Positions 1-11,373 of a stretch of 64,000 nucleotides of DNA are shown one piece after another. Numbering within the stretch: position 1 is the stretch's first letter; each line of letters opens with the position of its first letter. The notes below the pieces were generated by a model that saw nothing but the letters and a program-made list of their open reading frames with translations, ran no database searches and was not told where the DNA came from. Origin of the DNA: Rhizaria sp. SCN 62-66 (lineage: Eukaryota); the NCBI GenBank assembly GCA_001724265.1, contig MEDY01000009.1:124001-188000 (forward strand), written 5' to 3'. The position numbers and the translations under genes are program-made.

Positions 1-2779
1 CCCCAGAGCCGTCGTCACCATCGTGTTCGTCAACGCGTCCACAGTCAGCGGTCTCTCCGTCGTCGCCGTCGTAGGCGCGGTTGCATTCTCCGGCGCACAG
101 CAGGCGTTCGCACTCGGACTCGGAGTCGGCGGCGAGCGCGTCTTCGGCGTCGCACTGCCCGTTGTCGCAGCTGTCGTCCATCTCGAGCACACGGCCGGTC
201 GCCGCAGCGGCGTCCAGGTTCAGCGCTTGCACAACAGGCGAGTGCATGTCCGAGTCCGGGGACACTTCGCCGCTGCGCCGCCGCGCCGCCGCCGCGGCCA
301 CGGCCGAGGCAGCGGGTGCAGGCGCCAGAGCGGGGTTTTGCCATCGGCGCGCGGTGACGCCGCTCGTGAAGCTCTGTGAGCTCTTGCTGTTGTTCGCGGC
401 GGTAAACGCAGAGGCCGGAGCAGGGCTCGCACGCGCGGCGTGCGTGACCGTGTGGCGCGCACCGCGGGCGCTCATGCTGCCACTCGCAGAGCTGATCTGT
501 TGGACAGCGCCGATGGGCGACGCGCGCGCGGGCAGCGTGAAGGATGCCGACGCCGACGACGCACCGAGGGAGGGGCCGCGCGCAGAGCTGGGAGCGGACG
601 CCGTCGACGCGAGCACGTGCGCTTGGTTCGCACTGAATAGCGGGGGCACGGGGCCGTACTGCGGCCGCTGCTGGCGCAGGCGGGCCGCGGCGTTGGCCGC
701 GGCTGAGAGGAAGGTAGTGTCGTAAAAGGCCTCGTCGCCCTCGCTTAGGTCCGCGTCACCGTCAGCAGTACCGCCATCTTCACCGTCGTCGCCGTTGATA
801 ACGCTGTCGTCAAGGAGATACGCGGGGAGATGCATACTAATCGGAGCGCCATATCTAACGCCCTGCCCCGGGTGCTGTTGTTGTTGCTGCTGCTGCGCGC
901 CGCCGGGAAAAGCAAGCTGCGCCTGGCGCGACGGCGAGCGCACGAGTGCGGCCACGGCGTGCGCCTGCAGCGCCTGCGCCTGGGCCTGCTCGGCGTGGCG
1001 CTGCGCGGACCGGAACGCGCGGTACTCACGCTCTTGCGCTTGCTGCTGCTGCTGTTGTTGGAGCGCGAGTGCGTGCGCGTGAGCAGGCGATGTCGTGTGC
1101 GCAGCGGCGGGCTGGCTCGTGCGCGAGGGTGCGCGGGATGGCACATGCTGGCCGCGGAAAGACTGCAAGCCGGCGGCAATAAAGCTGTCGTGACTCGGCA
1201 TCGCCCACTGTCCGCGGCCGCGGCCGGCGCGCTCGTATTGAAGCTGCGCATGTGCTTGCGCTTGTGCCGCTGCATATGCATCAGCCTGCGCCTGCGCGTG
1301 CGCCATCGTTTGTGCGTGCGCAAGTGCCTGGGCGTGCAGTTGCTGCGTCTGCGCTGCGGATGCAGCGTAGCGTAGCCACAGCGCGTCCCCGTCCCCGTCA
1401 TCGTCGTTGTTGTTGTCACCGCAACCGTCGGCAGTGACAACGTTGTTGTTGTATGCCATATGATCATCGTAATTATCGAAATCGGTCACGTTGCGAGGAT
1501 ACACCACACCAGGATTCGCATACGCGTTGCCGCGATCCCCAACGTCGGTCAAGGACACGTATTTGGGCCCTCCATGCGTCTCAGGATACTCATCAACGTA
1601 CTCGTGTGCATCGCCATCAACACCGTGCGCGTAAACTAGTCCTTCCGCGTCACTTTCGGCCTCAGCATCATCCACATCAGCAGGCGCCAAGGCATCCGCG
1701 TCAGCAGCCACAGCGTCAAACGCAACACCAAAGCCATGATTGACGTCAGAGTCATCAGCCACACCAGCATCCTCAGGGGCAGCATCGGCGTTATTGGCGA
1801 GGAGAAGCTCCCAGTCGCCGGTACACAGCTCCTCGCGCGCGGCAGGGCTGTACAGCACGGCGTCCGCCACCGCAGCCAGCGTCATCGCCTCACCCGCCGA
1901 GGCGACAGAGCGCGCACCTGCGGCGACCGGCGCGGCGAGCGGCAGCAGCGCAGCGGGGGCGTGCACGCGCGCGTCAATTCCGAGCGCGGCCGTGAGCGCG
2001 ACCGCGAGGGCGTCAGCGTAGGCCTCGGCGAGCGCGGCGCCGGCGGCGGAGCGCGGGGGCGGAAGCTGCGCGGGCGGCGGCAGCGGCGGCAGCGCCACGG
2101 CCAGCCCGTTGACCGTGACTACGGGCGGCAGCGGCGCGGGGGCCGGCAGCGAGGGAGTGGACGAGGCCAAAGACGGCGACGCGGCGCCTAGGGGGAACGG
2201 CACGGCGTACGGGTGGCGCGGGCCAAGGCTATGACGAATGTGGGGGTGGCCCGCGCTCGCGCCCGCGCCCAACCCGCTGAGTCTGCCCGACCGAGCGGAC
2301 CCGTGGCTGCTGTTGTAACCGAAGCCGTGACCGTGGCTGTGGCCAGAACGGCGCGCCGAGCCGGGCGCTGAGCCGGGGGCGAAGGCAGAAGGTCCTCGCG
2401 GAGTCGAGAAAGTGGCGCCGGACGCGGCGTGCGCGGGCGAGAAGCTCACAGGTAGGCGCACAAGCGCGGCCAGCGACGCGGGGCCCGGGAGCGCGCGGGA
2501 CGGCGAGTCGAACGCAGGAGGCGCCCGTGGGGGCGGTGCGTGCTGCGACGGCGCGTAGGAAGCCTGGGAGCGGAGCGACATAGGCAGGCCAGACGGCGCG
2601 TTGCGGGGACGTGATGGTGAGCCTGTGAAAGACTGCATCGAGCTCTTGCTGGTCGAGGGCAATGTGGCGCGGGCGGGCAGCTGGAAGGAGCGGCTCGAGC
2701 CCGGCTCGTTCTGGTACTCTGACCTCGCGGTAGCAAGCAGGGCTGCGGTGCGTGGGTCAAGACTACTGTCAAAGCTCAT
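1..2779 (-). CDS. Hypothetical low-complexity protein (Ala/Ser/Pro/Gln-rich with acidic tracts); 3' end lies outside the window (>926 aa)
   Basis: Manual translation from ATG at 2779 (MSFDSSLDPRTAALLATARSEYQNEP...) stays open to base 2 (...DEHDGDDGSG). No ORF-track entry lies in this frame, consistent with no stop inside the window. GC-rich sequence ends abruptly at the ATG. No domain recognised. Confidence 0.85.
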   Translation of the reverse strand, partial: MSFDSSLDPRTAALLATARSEYQNEPGSSRSFQLPARATLPSTSKSSMQSFTGSPSRPRNAPSGLPMSLRSQASYAPSQHAPPPRAPPAFDSPSRALPGPASLAALVRLPVSFSPAHAASGATFSTPRGPSAFAPGSAPGSARRSGHSHGHGFGYNSSHGSARSGRLSGLGAGASAGHPHIRHSLGPRHPYAVPFPLGAASPSLASSTPSLPAPAPLPPVVTVNGLAVALPPLPPPAQLPPPRSAAGAALAEAYADALAVALTAALGIDARVHAPAALLPLAAPVAAGARSVASAGEAMTLAAVADAVLYSPAAREELCTGDWELLLANNADAAPEDAGVADDSDVNHGFGVAFDAVAADADALAPADVDDAEAESDAEGLVYAHGVDGDAHEYVDEYPETHGGPKYVSLTDVGDRGNAYANPGVVYPRNVTDFDNYDDHMAYNNNVVTADGCGDNNNDDDGDGDALWLRYAASAAQTQQLHAQALAHAQTMAHAQAQADAYAAAQAQAHAQLQYERAGRGRGQWAMPSHDSFIAAGLQSFRGQHVPSRAPSRTSQPAAAHTTSPAHAHALALQQQQQQQAQEREYRAFRSAQRHAEQAQAQALQAHAVAALVRSPSRQAQLAFPGGAQQQQQQQHPGQGVRYGAPISMHLPAYLLDDSVINGDDGEDGGTADGDADLSEGDEAFYDTTFLSAAANAAARLRQQRPQYGPVPPLFSANQAHVLASTASAPSSARGPSLGASSASASFTLPARASPIGAVQQISSASGSMSARGARHTVTHAARASPAPASAFTAANNSKSSQSFTSGVTARRWQNPALAPAPAASAVAAAAARRRSGEVSPDSDMHSPVVQALNLDAAAATGRVLEMDDSCDNGQCDAEDALAADSESECERLLCAGECNRAYDGDDGETADCGRVDEHDGDDGSG

Positions 2780-4134
2780 GTGCTTTAATTAAGTAGCTTC
2801 TCAGCGTATCTGTTGTGCTATTGGCCAAGTACTGTTGACGGGAGATGGTCAAAATGAAAAGTCAGTTAATACTATTGGAGAAGGGGGCAATGTTGACGAA
2901 TCTCGTTAATTTCTACACGCATTTTGCGTTATTAAGATATGCCATTTAAATTGAAGAATAAATACAGCAAAAAATACATAAATTTCGTTATTATGTTTCA
3001 TGAGTTCGTTCATGTCTCGATGTGAGCACGTTTCTCGGATGTCGTCGGAGCCCGCCAAGCAAGATGAGCGTTTTGAGTTGTGGTGGCTCGGTGAAATCAG
3101 CTATTGTTGTGGATATGCAAACGAGACAAACATATTCAGTAACGCCCGCTAAATATGTGATTTGTCATGTACTAGTATTAACTAAGATGCACATTTCTTG
3201 GGAGTAACCGGCATATATGCATATATATTTGCTATTTGATGTCACCAACACCGCTCGGGTAACAAAGTATCCTTACAGGTACTGAGGATAAAAGGCCATT
3301 CTCGAGGATTCTGAGTAAAAGCATACTGGGAACGTTAAAAAAGTGATATTCACAATACAACCGGTCATCCTCACACTCACTGGAATCACATGAAGCTATG
3401 ACTGCGTTAGAACATATCATACATCTTGGGATTCTAACAGGTCGCGTCACCAATACTCGTTGAGATTGTCATTCGTGTTCATGTTGCCGGTGGGATTCGC
3501 ACATAATGCAGCATTCTCTATTGATACATTTACTAGTATCCTCCTTGAAACAGACCAAAAGCTTCTGCTCAACTACAACGTCATCAATCGTGATTGACAC
3601 ACCATGTCAAGGAGTTGACTTAAAGATGCAACAAATGTTAACATTATTTTGGTAGTTTCAGATATGAACACACAATACAAAGCCCATAAATTCTATCATA
3701 ACGGGAAACATACACTTTTCAAGTTAGCACGTCAAAAGGCAAGCCGCATGACACAGTCACCAGCGAACGGGTGGAATGCTCTGGGCGAGCTCAATGCCAA
3801 CTTGAAACAAAATGAAGGGATGAGTTTCACGCGAGATAACCACATTCTGCCGCTTTACTCTTTTTTGTTGAGCGCAACACAACTTATGCTTTTGTTTATT
3901 AATGATGATATCTTCTCAACGTTAGGTCTGCGTCTGCTAGCTCAGATTTTAGTGCTATGAAGGGCTGTGGAAGCAACTGGCGCGCACTTTGAACATCACT
4001 TCAATTTCTCACTTAATACGAAAGCTATCAAGTAAACTAAAGTGAAATCCAAAAGGATACGACAAAAATGTATCTTGAAATATTAATAACTTATCGTTCC
4101 AACTATATTTCGCTTTGATATCTTCTAAAGTGTG

Positions 4135-5277
4135 ATGTCAGATCGAACTGACATCAAGTACGACAAGAGGGACACGAGCCCGTCTTCGGACGCTCGTCGC
4201 TCCTCAATGAAGCAACAACCACCGGGAAACGCGCGCCCTTCCGCGCTAAGCGCTAAGCCCGCGCCGGCCCGCTCGTCTGGCGGCGTCGATGACACGCTTT
4301 TCCGTCCCTCCGGCACGAGTCACGACGCGGCTGAGAACGAGGGCTCTGCCTCGCCGCTGCGCTCCGTGCTCACCGGTGACGCCGAAGCGCCCGAGGCCGA
4401 CGAGAGCCTGCACCCCGCCGCGCTGCACGCCGGCGACCGCACGACGAGCGGCAGCATTATTGACGCGATGAAGCGCACGCGCGACCAGGTCCTCGGCATC
4501 GGCGAGTTCGGCGATGCCACGCGGGACGAGGCCGACAGCAGCGCCGCCGAGCGCCCGGGCGCAGGCAGGGACGCCAGCGAGGAGCTCGCGCGCGCTGCGG
4601 ACCGCGGCGCCACCGCGATCGTGGACTCGGCAAGCGGGATCTCCGACGCCGCGGCGCGCACTGGCGAGAAGCTCGCCGACTCCGCGCACAGGGCCGCCGA
4701 CTCCGCCGCGCGCGCGATCGACAAGGGGAAGGACGCCGTGCGCGACACGGCGAGTGACGCCACCCGCGCCGTCAAGAGCGGCATTGACCGCGCGGGCCGC
4801 GCCGCAGGCGCAGCGGCCGAGGACGCGGGACGCGCTGTTGGCCGCGCCGCAGACGCTGCTGCCGGCGCAATCAGCGACGCAGAGCGGAGGCGCATTGAGG
4901 AAGAACGCCTCCGCAAGCTCCGTCTGCAGCAGCAACAGCAGCAGCAGCAGCAGCTTAAAGCTGCGGAAGACGCCGCGGCCGCTAAGGCAAAGCCCACCGC
5001 GCTGAGCGGCAGCGAGAAGCACACCCCCGCGCCCGAGTCCGCGTTCACCAACGGCGACCGCAACCGCCAGGCGTTCTCCCGGTCCGCCGCGGCGCACACG
5101 CCCGCCGGCCCCACTGCGAGCATCAGCTCCAGCTCTGCGCCCAGCGCCCCCGCCGCTGCTACTGCGGCGCGGCCATACCAGCAGCAGGCCGCCGCGATGC
5201 CGCAACAGCAACAACAGCCACCACCGGCGCAGCAGCCGCAACAGGCGGCACAGCGTCAGCAAGCCACCGGCCCGCCC

Positions 5278-5308
<31 letters not shown>

Positions 5309-8300
5309 GTGCGATTTCGCAGCATCCGCAGACCGCGCAGCAGCAGCACTTTGCCCAAGATCACCAGCAGCAATCTCCGCCTCGGTTCCAGCAGCAGCAG
5401 CGCCCGCAGCAGCAACAGCAGCAGCAAAATCAGCGGGGCCGTGCGCTGTCCCCGCCCAGTCTTGACGCCGACTACGAGCGCAGCGCCGACGAGGAAGACG
5501 GTGCGCCCGACGCCCGCCGCGGCTTTGCGCCGCCGCGCTCCCCCGCGCGGCGCGCGTTTGACGCCGTGGGCCACGCCGCACAGCAGGCGGCGCGTGGCGC
5601 GCAGGCCGTGGCGCGCGACGCCGAGGCCGCGGCGCGCAGCGCGGTGCGCTCGACGCAGCGCTTCGGGCGCGAGGTCGCGTCGGGAATCCGCGAGGCGCTG
5701 CCCTCGAGGGAAGAGGCGCGCCGCACGCTGGGTATGTTCCCCTTTGTCGGCGAGAGCGCCGAGGAGGTTGAGGGCTACAACCCGCTCATGCACTCGCTCA
5801 TCGACAAGTACGACGTACGTATCACAAAACAATCGTGTCGGTGGATAAAAACTTGGTTTAGGCAGAGGCGTCATTAAAACTTTTACACATTCTAAGTCAA
5901 ATGAGTTTGTCTTAGAAACCGTTTACTTATGTTCCTTTTGAATTGTATTAATTTATTTTCACTTTTTAGCTGATCGACACAAATGTGTGTTACTCTGAGC
6001 TTGACGGCTCCGGCCAGCTTGGTGCCCGCATTTCCGACGCCGCCTCTACGTTGCTCAGCGCGCTGCCGTTCTCATCCCTGGTTTTCACACCGCCAGTCCG
6101 CCGCGCGGGCCTGTTCAACTTCGGCTCCGGCGGCAGCGACGACCAGCTCTACGGGCGCTTCGACCCCGCTGCGGACTACGGCACGCGCGGGCCGGATCCG
6201 CTGGGCGCCGTCACGCGCGGCCTCGGCAACGTGCTGACCACGGTCGGCAACGTCGTCACCGCGCCGCTGACGCCCATCGCGGCCGGCGCGCGCGCCATCT
6301 TCCGCGGCGTCGGCGACGCCAGCAACGCCGTGGCCGAGACTGTGGGCGACTTCGTCGGGCTAACGCCGGCGCGCAACGTGCGCGTCGAGAGCTCGATTGA
6401 CCCGCGCACGGGCTTTGACAGCGGCAGGCTGGCCGACGGCTCGCCGGCGCCATACACGTACGCGTTTAACAACAACTCCGGCTTTGCAACGCCGATCCCC
6501 GACATCAACACTGCGTACAGCAACGGGTTTGGCAACGGAGACCGCAACTACAATACCTTTAACAACGACGCAAACGCGTACATCTACAGTAACTCACCGC
6601 GGAACGTGAACACCACGCTGTACAGCAACACCTACAGTAGCCCTCTGATGTCGCCCACCTCGGCGTCTGAGGGGCTCGCGCGCGAGGTCCGCCGCGACAT
6701 GAACATCGCCGGCAACGCGATGCGCGACGCCGCGGGCGCGGTGGCCGACACCGTGCGCGAAGGCGCGCGCGAGGTCAAGAACGCGACTGCTGAGACCGCG
6801 GCGAACATCGCCGACACTATCGGCGGACGCGGCACGTTTGACGCCATCAGCGACGCTGCGCGTGAAGTCAAGGACAACGTGGCCGACGCCGCGCGCAGGG
6901 CCGGGAGCGCGACTGAGCGCGCGATCGACTCGATTACAACGCAGCGCACGGTGGCGGCGCCGTTCATCAACGGCATCCCCAGCGCAAGCAACGCCGTGAA
7001 GATCGAGACCGGCCCGACAAACGTGAGCGTCGCCAACGCGGTGCCGGGGGGAATGCACTCGCATTCGTACACGGTGCACTCGCCGCGCTTCCTGACCGTG
7101 ACCGAAACTGGCAGCGGACCAGTGGCGGTGACGCGCACCACAGCGGGGACGGTCTCGCCCACCGGCGCCGTGCCGGCCGCGAGCGAGATCATGGCCGCGG
7201 GCGGCTCGCTGCAGAACGAGCTGCGCCGCCAGATCGCGTCGCCGCCCACGGTCACGGTCAAGATCAGCGACAACTGCTCGACTCTGTCGGCCGTGTCGGA
7301 CCTGCAGTATGCGCACGCCGAGGCCACCACGCGCGCCAAGCTTGAGCTCGACGCCGCCAACGCTGCCGCCGGCCGCGCAGACGCGGACCGCCGCGCGCGC
7401 GCCTCAGCGCAGGCACAGGCCGAGGTGCTGGCCCGCGAGCACTCGGCAGCGCAAGCGCGCGCCGCGGCCGAAGTCGAGCGGCGCGTGCAGGCCGAGATTG
7501 CAATTAAGACGGCCGCGGCGGCCAAGGCCGAGGCCGAGCGGCTGGCGGCTACGCAGGCGGCGCGACGACTGGAGATCTCGCGCGAGTCCGAGACGCTGCG
7601 GCGCGCGCGCGACGCGAGTCTGCAGGAGCTCAACGGCCACCGCAGCGCGGCTGACGGCGCCACGCGCGAGGCAGCGCGGCTGCGCGACGCACACTCGGCC
7701 GCAGTGTCGGCCGCCGACACGCACGCGCGCCAGCGCGAGGCGCTGATGGCCGACATGCAGCGCGCTCTGCAACAGCGCGAGGCCGCCGAGGCCGCTGCCA
7801 AGGCCGCCGCGGATCGCGCCGCCGCTGACGCCGCGCAGCTAGCCCGGCTTGCCGAGGAGAAGCAGGGCGCGCTGGCAGGGCTGGCGCAGCGCGTGGAGGA
7901 GCACGAGCTGCGCACGGCCAAGATGCAGGCCGAGATCGAGTCGCTGGGTAAGCTGGAACGCGAGGCGCGCGCCGTGGCGGCCCGGCACGCGGGGCTCATC
8001 GCTGAGCAGCAGCGCGTACGCGACGCAAGCATGCAGGGCGAGGCGGCGGCGCGGCAGGAGGAGCGCGGCAAGGGCTCGCGGCTGGCGCAGCTGCTGGCAA
8101 TCTTGTCGAGCAAGAGCACGTCCGAGAACATCGCGCGTCAGGAGGCCGACGCGCACCGCAAGGCGTACAACGACGCGATGGAGGCGAGCGCGGCCAACGC
8201 GGAGCGGCTCCGCGCGGCGGCCCCGCTGGACACGTCGGTAACTGTGATGCGCGACGTCGGCGGGCTGCCCACTGTGACCGTGTATGAGAACGAGCCGGTG

Positions 8301-10580
8301 CAGGTGCGCGTGTCCAAGACCACGACAACGACCACGCGTACCGAGACGGACAGCGACGTGCGGACGATGCGCGAGCCGCTGGCGACGGGCACTACGCTGA
8401 CCAACGGCGCAGCCATTGTGCAGCCCGCGCAGACCCGTGTTGAGGTGCTCAATAGCTCGCCCACCGGGGAGACGGTGCGCACAACGACCACCGAGTCCGC
8501 GGTCGCCGCGGTGCCCGCGCCCGCACAGATGCAGACGCACATCTACGATGTGCGCGGTCTGGACGCCACCGGAATCCCCCGCGGCGGTATGATGCCCGAG
8601 ACCATGGCGCAGCAGCAGCAGCGCTACTTTGTCCAGCAACAGATGCAGCCGCCCGCGATGCGCACCACCACCACCACCACTACAAGTCGTGGCCGCGATA
8701 GCAGCGCCAGTGGTAGCGGCGGCGGCTGGTTCTCGTGGCTCTTCGGCAGCGGCGGCTCAAGCAACACTGCGGCCTCACGCACCGACGACGTGCTGTTCCC
8801 GGCTGGCACAATCCCCGACATCAACCTCACTCTGCCCGACGGCACGCCCGCCATGACCTCTCGCGAGATTGAGGCGTTCCGCCTCTCGGGCGCGCGCGAC
8901 CTTACTGCCTGGCTCGCGGACCATCGCCGCGCCAATGCCGCGCGCATTGCGGCCGTGGACGCCGAGCTAGAGCACCGCATGGGCATGACGCCGGCGCACA
9001 ACGCGGGCGCGCCTTTCCACGGCTACACCAACGCACAGGGCCTGCCAATCGCGCTGGGCGGCATGCCGCGCGGCGCCAGCGCGGGCGGGTTTAACGTCGA
9101 GTCGCGCAACTTTACCACCGCGCGCAACTGGAGCGAGGCCGGCCAGATGAGCGCAATCGAGCGCACGCGCCACTCGGCGTGCCTTAACCATGACCACCAC
9201 GGCACCAGCGCGCGCCTGCGTGGTGCAGGCCACGACCTCCGTCATGACGGCTCTGCAGACAGAGGCGACATTAACCTGGCCGACAAGTCGGGCTTCCCCT
9301 TCGGCGCCGAGAATAACTACTACGACGCAACTATCCTGCGCAACGCAAACATTGAGGCTCGCCGCCACGCCGCCGGCGACCGCTTCTCAGACGCCGGCAG
9401 CGGTGTGAACCGTGCACTGGCCGACGCCGCAGCGGAGAACGAGGCTCTGCTCGGCCGCACGCTGACTCCTGGCAGCCTTGGCGGTGCCGTCGGCACTAAC
9501 GCGGTCTCGCAGCGCTCGAGCTTTGCGCAGAACTTCGCGTCTACCAACGCGCGCGCGCCCCATCTCGTCCCCGCAACGACGTCGACGTACCGCATGGAGG
9601 GCGTTACGCTGCCGAGCGGGCGCTTCATTGGCCAGGAGCGCGAGTCGTTTGACAACGGCGCCATGGCGACGCACCGGCACGTGATCGACACGCAGGCCGG
9701 GCGCCCACTGACACCCGCGGACCGCACTGCGCTCTACGTGCCTGCGCAGGACCCGCAAGCCGCGGCTGTGCTCCGCGACGCGCGCATGAACGCGCGCGAG
9801 CGGCCCGCCGAGGACGGCCGCTCGTTCCGCGAGCGCGTCGTCGACGCTGCCCAGTCGGTTAAGTCGGCCGTGACGGGCGAGGGCGCAACGCTGCGGCCCG
9901 ACTTCGACTCAGTGAGCTCGTTCGGCGTGGGGCCGAACATGTGGGTATACCGCCCGCTGCACACGTACCTGCCCGGCAGCGGCGACGTGGTAATGCTGCC
10001 CAACGGCAACGCGCGCTACCGCGACGGCACGGTGCTGCGACGGGACGGCGCGCTTATCCGCGCCGATGGCGTCATGGTCAACGTCGACGGCAGCGTGCTG
10101 CGCAACCGCGACGGCGTCGTCATTACCACGGCTAACTTTGACACCGACGGCCGCGGCAAGCTCAGCGAGAGCCGCGAAAAGCATCCGAACTTCCTGCTGC
10201 CGTCCTTCTTCTGGATGGACGACGAGAAGTCTGTGGAATACCTGGACGACTTCGCCAACGGGAACATCGCGGAGAAGGAGCGCAACGAGCGTCTTCAGCG
10301 CGGATTGCCGGCCCCACGGTACCGCACAGCAGCGGTGACCGGCCCCATGTCTGCACTTATGTCGTTCCTCCGCAACCGCAGTACTGCTACCAGCAGCGGC
10401 GCAAGCGGCGGTAGTGCTAGCGGCGCTGTGCGCGTCCCGACGGTGCGCGCAGCGACCAGCGCAACGTCGAGCAGCGATACTGATGGCAGCGACGCCCCGC
10501 GCACGTTGCTTGGCGCCACCACGTCTGGTTCAGATGGCGAGAGCTCTGGCGGCCGCACCAGCGGTAGCGATAGTGAATAA
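4135..10580 (+). CDS. ~2096-aa hypothetical protein, 2 exons (4135-5814, 5970-10580): LEA/perilipin-like amphipathic repeats, polyQ, central Ala/Glu/Arg coiled coil, C-terminal xDG hairpin repeats
   Basis: ORFs 4132-5877 and 5985-10580 join in frame across an AT-rich GTACGT...TTTTTAG intron (phase 0), giving ...LIDKYD|LIDTNVCYSELDG... First ATG is at 4135 and the TAA stop ends at 10580. Confidence 0.85.
5179..5430 (+). repeat. Clusters of CAG/CAA repeats encoding polyglutamine tracts
   Basis: Several (CAG/CAA)n runs, e.g. 5281-5307; the translation reads QQQQQQQQQ, QQQQQQQ. Confidence 0.85.
5815..5969 (+). other. Spliceosomal intron, 155 nt, phase 0
   Basis: GTACGT donor, AT-rich body with in-frame stop, pyrimidine tract TTTTCACTTTTTAG; removal fuses two long ORFs in frame. 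Confidence 0.85.
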
Positions 10581-11373
10581 GATACTGTTGAGAGAGACCC
10601 AGTGCGGCAGAGATTCTGTGTGTAACTTTGCGGAGCAGCGTAGTGGAGGGAACGTAACAAGTGTGGCGAGTACGCTGTTGATATCAGTGCGTATGATAGA
10701 GGAATGGTTTTGTTGACATATTGAGCTGAACACTGTTTGACAGCAGCTGAGCTGCAGCTGGGTATCTTGTTTGCCATCAAAAGTAAAACGTTGATAAACA
10801 AGTCCGAGTCAGTTTGCAATCTTTGATTAAATTTACATTGATGATGGAATACATGTTTCCTTATCCAAAGAGTTTATTCGTATGTTCTATATATTTTTCG
10901 GCTCGAGACTGTGAGCACCATATCGTTTTAACTCCGGTCAATGTCGACCAACATGTATTTGTGAAGACTGAAGCTTGAAGAAACGAAATGACAATATGAA
11001 TGTATGATCTATCCGTGGCTTACAGCTAAATAACGTAAAATCTGTTTATTCAAGTTGTATACACACAAATCAGAGTATTATCATCATTCTTAGATAATTG
11101 TTCAAGTCGTTTCAAACCAACGTTTGTGGTTGGACCAAGCGTTGAAACGTGCCACGAAGACAAGCTTGATCTGCAGGTCATGTCTCAGTTTCATCTCACT
11201 TGTTTCAAGTTAAGTCAACGCATTTGTTTACTGTTACAAAACTGCGCATACCAAACATATTGCTCACTAATTCCTCCTTTTGTTATTTGATTCAGCGCTA
11301 AGCCCTGCAGCGGCTGTGTCTTACTCCTCCTCCAAGTCACTTGAGCTGCGAGCAGCCAAAGCCTTGCTGACTA

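Noticed and set aside
23-2792. Short ORFs listed on both strands at the left end
   Set aside because: Shadows of the open minus-strand frame from ATG 2779.
3022-3960. Small ORFs in the AT-rich spacer (also 37891-38145, 43119-43391, 47244-47477, 49829-50101)
   Set aside because: Short, lacking the GC-rich codon usage of real genes, and with no recognisable motifs.
4246-8639. Long antisense and alternative-frame ORFs (e.g. 4246-5874, 6632-8131) over the 2096-aa gene
   Set aside because: Shadow ORFs expected from extreme GC and GC3 bias; the translations are mirror-image low complexity with no motifs.
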